Below, one piece after another: positions 28,063 to 39,800 of a DNA stretch of 64,000 bases. Each line of letters begins with the position of its first letter. Position 1 is the stretch's first letter. The DNA is from Felis catus (lineage: Eukaryota), in assembly GCF_018350175.1 (NCBI RefSeq), contig NC_058368.1, positions 99,140,001 to 99,204,000 on the forward strand, read 5' to 3'. Both the position numbers and the translations under genes were made by a program. The notes under the pieces are model-generated. The model was not told the origin of the DNA, made no database searches, and saw only the letters and a program-made list of their open reading frames with translations.

Positions 28063-28132
28063 ATGAAGCAGAAACAAAAAAGGAAACATCTGGAAAGTAT
28101 ATACTTTCCCGAAACTTCCAAGAAGTCAAGAG
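28063..28132 (+). CDS. FAM170A: FAM170A-like coding exon 1: MKQKQKRKHLESIYFPETSKKSR + 1 nt
   Basis: ACCATG with A at -3; in-frame TGA just upstream (28057-28059); donor AG|GTATGT at 28133. Resembles the recalled FAM170A N-terminus MKRRQKRKHLE. Confidence 0.88.
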
Positions 28133-30786
28133 GTATGTGTTAAGCATCTTCTCTGAGCATAGGATACCATGGAATTGCCTCTTAAAAAAAAAAAAAAAAA
28201 AAAAAGGAGAAGGGTACGTGGGTGGCTCAGTCAGTTAAATGTCCAACTCTTGATTTTGGCTCATGTCATGATCTCACAGTTCATGAGTTCAGGCCCCACA
28301 TTGGGCTCACTGCTGAGGCTTCTTGGGATTCTCTCCCTCTCCCTCTCTCTCAAAATAAATAAACTTAAAAAAATAGGGAGAGAATATCCCTAGCTGTGGC
28401 AAGGGAGAGGAGGAGGGATGGGTAGGAGAGGGATGTGTATATGCTGGTTTTTCTGAGGCCACAGGTCATCTGAGAGTAAAGAGAAAGTTCAAATGGCCAA
28501 GTCCTTGTCTCTGCAGCTTAAGATCTGTACTGTTTATACCTTGTCACTCACTGTGTCACAGGTGTAGTGGTTGAGTAGTACAGTTTTACTTAAAAAAATC
28601 GTATTTTCCTTTATTTGATTTTTGCCTAAGGGCATTGGGTAAGTATATGATGTTATTATGAGTCTTCTAATAGTCCTTTCTTCTGTTAATGAAGAAGAAA
28701 ATGTGGCTCATAAAAGTGAGAAAAAATTAACATTTAAAACTGGTTGTAGAGGGATGAGAATTTAAAGTCATAATTTATTCAGAAGCAAAAAAGAATTGTT
28801 TTCCTTCAGACTATGAAAATGTAAATGTGGGGCTCCTATGTGAAATGCAAGAAAAAGGCAGAATACACATACATACCACTGTTTAGCCGTAATGGTTGAA
28901 CTGAGGAGAAAGTTTGTGGTTTTCTCCTGAAAAAAAATGGGAAACTGAAATAATTCTGGTTACCATGGAGATTAACAGTAAACAAGTAACTTCTCTGAGG
29001 AAAGAAAGACCATTGTTCAAGGGAGTGGGGGTGGGGGACAGTTGAGAACCAACCCCAAAGTTCCAAGTGGCAGTTGTTACTCATGAAGAGAACTTGGCAC
29101 TTCCAACAGTGTTTGGGGTTTCTGGGGAGAGAGGGCTAGAAAGTGAGTCATGTCTACCTACAATAAAATGAGTGTATGTTGAGAGATGTTATTAAGTGTA
29201 AACTATGAGAGCTGTAAAATATGCACTCACAACCATGTGTTCACATATACACACATGTAGAATGTAAATAAGCCAGGAAAATGTAGATACTAATATCACA
29301 TATGCTTGGTATGTACTATGTACTATGTACTAGGTCCATTTATTTGCCCCTCAAGAACACGTTACATCTCTACTTTGGCCTTTGTAACTCATACACAAAC
29401 GCATCTATTTCTTACTTATTTAATAATTCAGGGTATATGAGGAGGAGTGGGTCAAGCCTCCTGGGCTGATGGAAACTTTGCTATCATTAACATGCAGTTT
29501 TCCAATAGACCCTGGGTTATCAACATGCTCATCAGCTAGAAAAGGAAAGAGCTCAGAGAGACACAGAGGAGGTCTTTATGATTCTGGTTGGAAGTGGCAC
29601 GTGCCATTTCCACTCATTTCTATTGTGAAAAACATAATCACGTGGTCAGAACTACCACAAGAGAAGTTGACAAATATAATTTAGTAGTATGTCCAGGTCG
29701 AAAGGAGACAGCTTATAGTCTCTGCTCCATTTACAAAGAGTGCCCTTATATAAACCCAACCAATCATGATATAAATACAATAGATGAGCTATATTTTGCT
29801 ATCCATGAAAATGGAGTCCATGTTTGTTCACAAAACATGTCACATGGTAGACTCTTCTTGTTTGTTTAATGGATGGATAAATGTACAAACAGCAAACGTG
29901 GACTACATCTCTATTATTTTCCTGTAATTTCTCAGCATATATGAATTTAAAAGTTCTGCATCATGGACACAAGGGAATGGCCCCAACTCAAGACCAGATA
30001 GCAAGGGGAGATTCTTCCTCTTCAGATTACTTCTCCTGCATCTCTTCAGAAAACATGTTTGCTGGTGCTGGTAAGGGGAGTGTATTGAATAAATTGGGAT
30101 CTAGGCTGAGGCCAGAGAGAAACTGGGTGATTTTGCCCATTAGTTGATACAAGGCTCCCTAGTACAGAAACAAACTCACAATGTGTCTTCATCTTCTTCC
30201 ATGATCAACTGTGGAAGCCATCAGTTGCAAGAGAAAAATACTTAAGAGGATTAGAATAAGCCCCAAAATATCAGTGGAGAGTGGTGTTTTATTTGAAGAA
30301 ATGGTGGGAGAGTGTTGGGTATGAGAATTTTACTAGAGAAATGTGGAAGAGAATGTCAGTATGAGCCAGCAAAGCATACATGTTATCAGGAAGGTGTGAA
30401 ATTACTCAAAGCTTGAAATGGACCAAAAGAGGTAGGATCCTTGAGATCTGGACTTGAGGTGGACTTCAGAGACATCCAGTCTAATACCCGTCCCTTTCAT
30501 GTATTTTTATAGCCAGTGTTCTCACACTTAATCACCATATACACTTTTTGCACTCCTTATTCCCATCATTCATTTCTTTATAATCTTCCATATGTGTCTA
30601 AATTCTCTATGCCATATTTTTGTCCCTACCATACAAACAGTGGTAATTTCTCTGACTTCTAGAACCCTAGATTAGTTATCCCTGGTTTTTTTTATTTCAT
30701 TTAAATAGTAGTACACAATTTATAGTTTGTGTCTGATTCCTTTAACTCATAATATCTGTGAAATTTATCTATGTTCTGTGTGTCAG

Positions 30787-30837
<51 letters not shown>

Positions 30838-33800
30838 TGTATATATACACACACAAACACATATTTTATGAATATAAATAATTTCTTTATTGATTATATT
30901 TTTCTGAGTATTTGGGTTGTTTTTAATATGGGGCTATTCTAAAAAAGTGATGTTTGAATATTCTATCACATGCATTTTGCTATCTGACATATTTCTGTTT
31001 GGAGAATGCTTGAGTTAAATTATTAGGTGGTAGTTTTCAGATTTTATCTTAATCCCTTAGACATGAGTCTTTTATGCCTTTATTATGCAGTCACATGTCA
31101 CTGTACACTTAACCTTCCACATCCTCCTCTATACCCCCATTTAATTTGGATCTTCACATAGTCTCAAAGCTCATATATTCTTTCTCTTACAATTTTGATT
31201 TTTACACCTTCTAATGTTCTTTCATTATTTCTTTAGATTTCACAAATCAACTAATTCTGTGAGTCTTAAAGAGAATATTCCTAATCATTACCTTATACAT
31301 CTGAATCATAACAGCATATACACACTCAAACATGTAATCGTGGGACATGCAATCTACACACATAGATATTAGCTGAACTGAAACAGACACGAAGCATACC
31401 TACTGTTCTCACTCACGCAAAATTCACCCCGTATTCAGATTCACAAACACCAAATCAATCATATATTAAGCATCAGTCCGGTCTTAAGCAACATGTTAGG
31501 AACTTATACACACAAATCACATTGCATCCATCACAACAGTTTGCTACAATATGTGCATTATACACATAGCAGACACATCCATAAGGGATGATCATCGTTT
31601 TTTTTTTTTTTTAATGTTTATTTATTTTAGAGAGACAGAGCACAAGTCAGGGAGAGGCAGAGAGAGAGGGAGACACAGAATTAGAAGTAGGCTCTAGGCT
31701 CTGAGCTGTTAGCACAGAACCTGATACAGGGCTCGAACTCACAAACTGTGAGATCATGACCTAAGCCGAAGTTGGATGCATAACTGACTGAGCCACCAAG
31801 ACGCCCCAGAGGAACGATCATAATCTTAAACTATTAGTGAGCAGTGAGCTTGGTTAACTTGGAAACAGAGACACTGGTATAATAATAAAAAATATGTTCT
31901 TCAAAAATAAAAATTCATCAATTGTTTCATTTGAGGTTATAAATCTCTAGGATGTTGAATGTGGAGGGTCAAAGAGTATCAAATGGAAAGCAAATGGTAC
32001 CAAAAATCCTCACCAGGGTGAATGGATATGAGGAGCCATAGTAGCAAGATCCAGATAGAAAAATGGAATGCTGAAGTACTGTTCAGGACAAAATAAGTAT
32101 TTCCCCAGGAGGGTGCTGGCAGTGAGGAGAGTAGGTTAGGGAGAAGACAGTAGGAGGGGAACAGAATGGAACCAACTATTTTTATGACTTTGATTTCATT
32201 TTCCAGGAATCCCAAAGTCACACAAATATGATCCACCACCTGAGTCTTCTTTGGAAGACAGTACTCTGGTCTCTGAGGCAAAAGATGGACACTCTGAATT
32301 GAAATACTTCTCCTGTAACTCCTCCTTTCACCATCACCCTTATGTTGGTAAGGAGAAAGAAAGGGCATTTAAAGGGTAGGCAGATCAGGGCAGTGGGAGC
32401 CTGAACAGACCTGTAGACGTCCAGCTCAGCATCTCTGCTCAGCCACTGGGGGAAAGGTGCACATTGGGTCCAGTTATCATATTCTCCTCCTCTCTTATTT
32501 GGGAGTCTAGGTCTCTGTTTCTGTACCCTCAATAGGAATTCATTATATATAAACACTTTTCACTCATAGGGGGTAGGAAGGTACTCTGTGCATTCATTTT
32601 GAGACAAACATCATTTATTGAGGGAAGAAGTAGAATCAAAGACACAGTATCCACAATTGCTGTGGTGTCCCTTAAGCCTACAAGTTAAGAATTAATATAA
32701 AATTAAACCATAGCTTGTAGCACTCTAGTAATACATGACCACAGAAAATATAAAAGAGCCCTGCATCATTAGTTATCTATGTTAAAGAGTCCTATAGGTA
32801 ATGAATTGCTGAACTTGAGCTCACAATCGAAAACTACAAAATATATACCTTCAAGGTAGATTCTGCAAACACCGTGAACACCAAGTTTTAGCTTCAAAGT
32901 TCACTTAATTTAATAGTGCTTTAGGGGTGGTAAATAATGTTTAAAACTATTAAAGATGTAAAAACTGAAAACACTACCAAGAAAAAAGATTTTTTAGAAA
33001 AGTGGTAGTTTTAGAAATGAGAAATTTTAACATTTTAGAAATTATAAAAAGTGTGGGATGAATTAAACATCACATTTGACACAAATGAAAAGAAAATGTG
33101 TGACCCAGAGGATATAGCCAAGGAATTACCTACAAATAGAAATCAGAGAGATAAATAGATGGGAAGTGTGAGAGAGAGATTACAATAAATGAGGACAAAA
33201 TGTGATAGTATGACATATCAAACTGAGGTTCATGAAGAGTAATATGAAGAAAGTAAGACAACATAAAGAGATAATGGTCAAGATTTTTTTCAGAAATGAT
33301 GGAAGATACAAATCCTTAGAATCAGGAAACATTATTAGGAAGCTGATCACAGGAAAGGCAAAAATAAATCCAAACCTGAGTATACTAAAACAAACATTCA
33401 CAACCTCAATAACAAAGACCTTAAAGCAACTAGAGAGAAGCACACAATACTTCAAAAGAACGGTGATTTGTCAGGCAGTGTACATCTCAGCAGCGATTGT
33501 CAACACTGGAAGACAGTGTAAAATTACATGCTGAAGGAAAAGAACAGTCATATCATAAAGAATAAGGATGAAATAAAGACATTCTTCAGGTAAAAAGAGT
33601 AAAAAATAAAATACAAAAAAGTTAAAAGCACAGAATCTATTCAGAAAGACGGAATGGAACACAGGAACAAAAGGTGAGCTGAGGAGTTGGTAAGTCTGTG
33701 ATTGAATGTAAATAGGCTTGATGATTAATACACCCAGACTGGTAATCATGAATTCAGAGATGGTCAACAAAACGGGTATACCTGAAGTATTAGATGATAG

Positions 33801-36800
33801 TCACATGTAACATGACTGGGAGTTCAAGTATTCGAAGCTGTGTATTTTGCACAGAGTGGGCAGCACCATTGACTCACATAAGCAACTCGCCCTCAGAAAA
33901 GAAAGGAAATTGGGTAAATAGAGCCTGCCCATTTTGAAAGCTCCCAGTGAATATGGAGGTCCTTAGTTTAAGGTAATTGTTATCAGCTATCAAATGCTAT
34001 AACATTATGACAAATCTAGTGGATTAAAGACAACAACACTTTATCCTGTTATTATAGAGGTCAGAAGTCTAAAATATGTCATATAGATCCACCCATCTAA
34101 TCCAAAATAATCTCTACTTCAAGGTCCTTAATTTAATAACATTTGTCAAGTCCCTTGGGCCTTATAAGGTAACATTACAGGTTCTGGGGATAGGTTATGG
34201 GCATCTTTGGCTAAGGTATTATTCAGCCTGTAACCACTAAAATGAAAATGTGTTACACGCAAAGACATGTGAATAGGTTAACAACAAAAATGAAAATGTG
34301 TTACACACAATGGCAGATGTAGAGTCAGGTAAACAAATATTAAAATATATTGACTACACTCTGTCATAGCACAGTTCCTGGACACACTGTAGGGGTCTCC
34401 ATGAAGACAATATATATATATCTACCTGACCATCAACACTTGGGAACATTTTTTTAAAAATTTTTGAATACTTATATTCTGGAGCTTTGGCCAGAAAAAA
34501 GACTCTATTCTCCATGCAGTATTCTCCATACGTGGGACACGTATGTCTGAGTTAGAAACCCAAATGAACTGAGTGTATGAATGATTGGATATATCTCTTT
34601 AATTTGGATGCACTTTAACAGAAATCTTAAACAAGCAAAAGGAAACTACACTGATTGGTCCTATTCCCAGGCACGAAGAAAACAATGTCATTTTCTCAAA
34701 CTGTTCATTCTCTGTCTCTGACAATAAGAATACTCGTAAGTAGAGATGTCTGGACTGGAGGTAGGGAGTGGCAGAGAAAGTAAGCACGGCGTTTGCTGTC
34801 TACAAACTGGTATCAGCTGATCCAAGTCTACGTCTGGACTACAGTGAGAGTGCAAGGTGTCTTCCCCCTTGGGGGATACTCATTTGCAGCCATATAAAAT
34901 AAAACTGAGAGATTCAAGGGAAATCTCAAAAAGGACAAATAGCCCAAAGTGCAAGGATATCAGAACAGAACCGTGTTTGCAAAGATGGAGGCTAAGGAAA
35001 TGTCAGACATCTCTGAGAAATGGCAAGATAAACTCAGTCTGAACCTGGGAAGATGAACTTGGTTGGTCATAATGTGGGCAGAGTTCTGACAACCAGTGTG
35101 AAATGGGCCAGCAAGGACCAGAGAGAGTAAGGAGGAACCACAGATTTTCCTTTTTTTCTTTGAGAGGAGTAAACTCCTTAGCATATGTCCTCTAATGGGT
35201 GAAGATGGGACAGAGATTTGAAAAGAATCCTTAAATTTTATCTCTAACAACCTCCTACCCCTGTAAACACACAGGAATCTTTATTCCATCACACCCACAA
35301 CTAGACTCATTACCGTGTGCCCTCACATTTACACGTATTAACACTCATCCTTTCATTCAGCGTTCTCTGCTCCCAATTGTTTACACTCCCAGACACTCTC
35401 ATAAGCTCAGATCCTCACATAGTAAACCTTCACGTCTCATTTTGCAGCATTTGTATTCTTCACGTTTGCTTTCTCTAACCTCATTCCTTAGATACTGTAA
35501 TCTCTAACTCACACAGATAATCTCACTCTTGTAGAACTTCGTATTGCACAGTAATGCATGCAGCCAACACAATCATATACCATCTTCTAAAACCTTTCTG
35601 TTCCTAATCCCTTGGGTTCCTCATGCAATTCCACAATCTGGGAGCTCATATGAGGTCTCCCATGTATCCTTCACATGGTTAGTCTTCCAACACTTTCTTG
35701 GTGTCACCAGATCTCACAGAATCACCCAGGTTCATATAGCCTGTCATAAACCAACAGATATTATGTAACTACTTGAACTTCAATAGTATATGACACACAG
35801 ATCACTCATGATACAGGGAAGATGTACTGGCTGTACCTATACAGAATTATGGTGCGTATCACCCAACACATCATACTCAACGCCACCTTCACATTCAATG
35901 TCTGTGTCACCCCTATACTGTCTACATAAAATTATTGAAGAAACCTGACAGACACATGCACACATCAGACTACTCATCAAATCTGGTACACATACGAACT
36001 CTCTGAAAGATACACCACCTCCACTGACTTGTCTCATCCTTACACCAACATGACCTACCAGTCATCCAAGAGACAAAATAGATGTATTTTGTGAAGTGAA
36101 AATTGGGGTCCAGGCTTAACTGAAGTTTTTAAACATAAGAGACTTAATCCTGAGTTACTTTATCAGGAACAAAAATTCACCTATTACTGGAAGTCCACGG
36201 AAATGTAGGAGGAAGGAAAACAAACTGGCGATTTCCATGATGTGTTTAAAGTCATGGTAGAGATAGAGGTGATCCAAGAAATATGCATATTTTAGTAGGA
36301 AAATAACCAACAACCTAGAATTTACCTGTAGATTGGGAAGATTTAAAGGTAGGGTATGAGTTTGGTAAGTATAGGTGCAAAAATTGATCAGAACAATGTG
36401 TGGGGAATGTGAGAAAAGTGACACCAGTGACAGGGCCAAATGAAGGCTGAACCATTTAGCAGTCAGTAGCTGTTGACAGGGGAGCTGTGTCCATTGTTGA
36501 GAGGTGTGGTCTGAAGTCCACCTTGGGGTTCTTACTGGAGTCTCCAGGTCCTGCATTGCATACCTGTTCAGCAGGGCCCTCATGTGAGGTTCCACAAGAG
36601 TAGATAAACTGGAAGGGGAGGATAAGGACCAGCAGTGGAAGTCAGTCAATTCTTTCCTGTAAATTCTAAACCTACCATGAAGCAGCAGGACTTATATATC
36701 ATAAACCACAACTGTCCAACTGAGACCTTTACCTTATCATGTACCTGGAAAGAATTTGAGCTCAGATACACTCCAGAAAACAACATAGGGTACTCATAGT

Positions 36801-39800
36801 TCATCAGATACTTCATTCCAACAAATACTTTTATATACCTTGATTTTAGGACTTTGAAAAGAAACTAGACTATAATCTTCATGAAGATAAGTGCCATGTG
36901 TGTGATTCTATGTGGTATTTCTTGAATGTTTATGGAGGCAAAAAAATATCTGATTTTCCTTCTCTTCCCCAGAGGTCTTAAAATCAGGTGAAGACTCTTC
37001 ACATTCTGGACCCTCTAGGTTGGTCCAGTTCCACAACCAGATGGCAAAGGTTTCAGGCTCAGAACAGATCTTCGGTGTCCCTTCTCCAGACAGGCCCATT
37101 CACAGTGGTATGTGATGGGGGAGAGGAGGGGCTGAGGGGGATTCAGGCATGGTGGTGAGGCAGCGTGTTAGTCAAAAATTAGAATTGAGCTCTTTTGCTC
37201 AGCAATGTCCATAGATGACCTCTTCTCTCAAGGACTGCCCAGGGTCTCTGTTTATAATTGTTAGGCAGAATATACCATTTCAGCATCCCTGTCTTCTTTG
37301 GAAGAAGCCCTTAATGGATCTGAGTGGGAAGATTAAAAATCTAAGAGAAATGTAGAAATACATTTCCAGAAGAGGAGTCTGTGAAGTCTTAATTTGACCA
37401 TCTCCAGCACCAGAGTTCCGAGGGAATCTTGAAAATCGATTTTATCTGTATATATACATATCTTTGTATCTATGTTTCTCTCTTTCTCCCTCCCTCCCTC
37501 TCTCTGTCTCTCTCTCTCCATCCATCCATCCATCCATCATCTATCCATCCTCATTATATGTGTGTGTAGATAGATACATATCCATATGTAAGTAGATGTA
37601 GATGCAGAGGTCTTCATACAGCTTGTACCCCACATTCCCTAATTACACAATTTCCCATGAGGAAAATCAAGCTATTAATATCCAACTTAAGTGACTGCAT
37701 ACTGTTTTCCAGGAATGGTTCTTTCTAAGTGTTCAGTATTCTCTACACATCTCCAGAAATATCACATACAAGGTACTAAATATCATGGGTATCCACCATA
37801 AACACAATTTTAATAATTATTATTTACTTATATCTTAGAGTAAGTGAAGTTTTCAAAGGCCAACGCACCTTAAAGTTTTTGGGTTTCAAATGAGAAAGTC
37901 ACCTTCATTTTAATGAGAGCAAGTCTCACGTTTGGTAATGATGTGTGGCTTCTAATGTCCACTCAATGCGTGTCTTTTGAATTGACAAACTCTGGAAAAT
38001 GCCACGTCTCAATGTTTTGTTTGGTTTTGTTTGTTTTTATGACTCCACAAAATGCCACCTCAATGTTTTGGGTTTTTTGTGTGTTTCTTCGTGTTTATTC
38101 CATTCTCCAGAAGTCACGAAAGGTCAAGAGGATGTCCCTCCTGCTGAGTCATGTGTAGTGGTCCCTGCCTGCAATCAGGCAGCAGAAGAAAAGTCCTCTG
38201 TCTCAGAATACTTTTCCTGTGTTTCCTCTGTACGCAAGCTCGTTCCTGTTGATGAGTGTGGTAAGAAAAACAAACAGGTGGGGTCTGAGTATGGAGAGGA
38301 GGTAAAACTGAGCTGCTTGGCCCAAGCCCTACTTATTTAGTCTCCCCTCAAAAGCAGAAAAGTGTTTCAGGGCGGAGGCATTGGGCTGAAGCCTCTGCAG
38401 AGGAACAAAGAGAGTCAGTGTCCCTTCAAAGATAAGACACAGCTCCTCATATGAACACTGGGATGGGTCATGTAGAGCGCAGTGCTGGTGTGGGCAGTTC
38501 ATCGGAACCTTCTCCCTCAGAGGAGCATGAATTCATATGCTCACACACACTCACTCATCTGTATTCCTTCCTACCAGGTATGGTGCCATTTCTCCTTCCT
38601 TTTACTTTTTTTTTTTTTTTCAACGTTTATTTATTTTTGGGACAGAGAGAGACAGAGCATGAACGGGGGAGGGGCAGAGAGAGAGGGAGACACAGGATCG
38701 GAAACAGGCTCCAGGCTCTGAGCCATCAGCGCAGAGCCCGACGCGGGGCTCGAACTCACGGGCCGCGAGATCGTGACCTGGCTGAAGTCGGACACTTAAC
38801 CGACTGCGCCACCCAGGCGCCCCTCCTTTTACTTTTTCTACCAAACTTACCTGCCTTCATTCCTCATTAACCTTCCTGTGTTCTAGTTACATGGTGTAGG
38901 TATGCCCCGGTACCTTCATTCCGACTCACCCACTTACACACTAATCCCCTAAGTAATTTATGTTGCCTCACACAGATAACTTGTTTTAACTCCCTCATGC
39001 TAAGCCAAACTGCAGAAAATTCATAGACCCTGGAGGGAATGCACTTTCATATACTGCCTTTCTAATCTATATGCCACTTGACCCACAAAGACTTCGGCCC
39101 CTCATGGAGCCACACATTCTGAGAGCTCAGGTCACTTCTGCTAACACTCGATGTCATATCGACTCGCAGCAAGAATAGGCAACGCTCCTGCACTTGTTTA
39201 CATTTAACGCACATGCGCACATTCATCCACCGTCACCTTTTACCAGTATCGAAAACACTCACCAGAGATGTCCCCAAACACACGTACAACTCCGCTAGAC
39301 ACACCACACCCTCATTTCCCCAGTTATACCAGGTGCACCTCAAGTAAAACATACCATTCCCAGAATTCTGCAGTGTAACATGTACATACGCTTCTGCTTC
39401 ACATTTCCACATAGGAATATTCTCCTGGCCATATTAAGTCCTCCAGACATCACATACTTATTCTACTTATTTTATGTTTGGAATTTTCTTTCCTAGGAAT
39501 CCATCAGTTACATCAAGGTGTTTCTTGTCTTCGATACCAGTTGGAGACTTCCTCCCCCTTTCCACACGTCTCCTTCCCATTCCATTTGGTCAGTGATACT
39601 AAGTCCTCTTTTACCTCAGAAGACACGAAAGAGGAAAGGCTCATGAAAATTTACTATATGCGTGTCCAGATGAAAAGGGGAGTGGCTGCCTTATGTGACA
39701 CAGAGGAAGGACTGGAGCCTCCCTCAAAGAAGACAAGAATGGAAGAAATGACCTTTCTTGAAAAGAGCCCTACAGAAGCCACCCTCTCTTATGTGGGTAC

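Noticed and set aside
34239..34306. 20-bp direct repeat with 48-bp period; similar micro-duplications near 7682, 13978, 20087 and 43500
   Set aside because: Two- or three-copy slippage duplications. Not CRISPR-like, and this is eukaryotic DNA.
36155..36649. 164-aa minus-strand ORF in an intron
   Set aside because: Non-ATG start, no motif, no supporting splice structure.
36675..36686. accatgaagcag, identical to the exon 1 start context
   Set aside because: Similarity stops after 12 nt, with no KRKHLE and no matching donor; probably chance.
38451..38870. 139-aa ORF and similar MAQSV.../RERQRE... ORFs across the window
   Set aside because: Read-through of Can-SINE sequence.
39478..39496. ORF-track start (MEFSFL) of the 235-aa ORF
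   Set aside because: TTG within the intron's pyrimidine tract; the exon begins at 39497.
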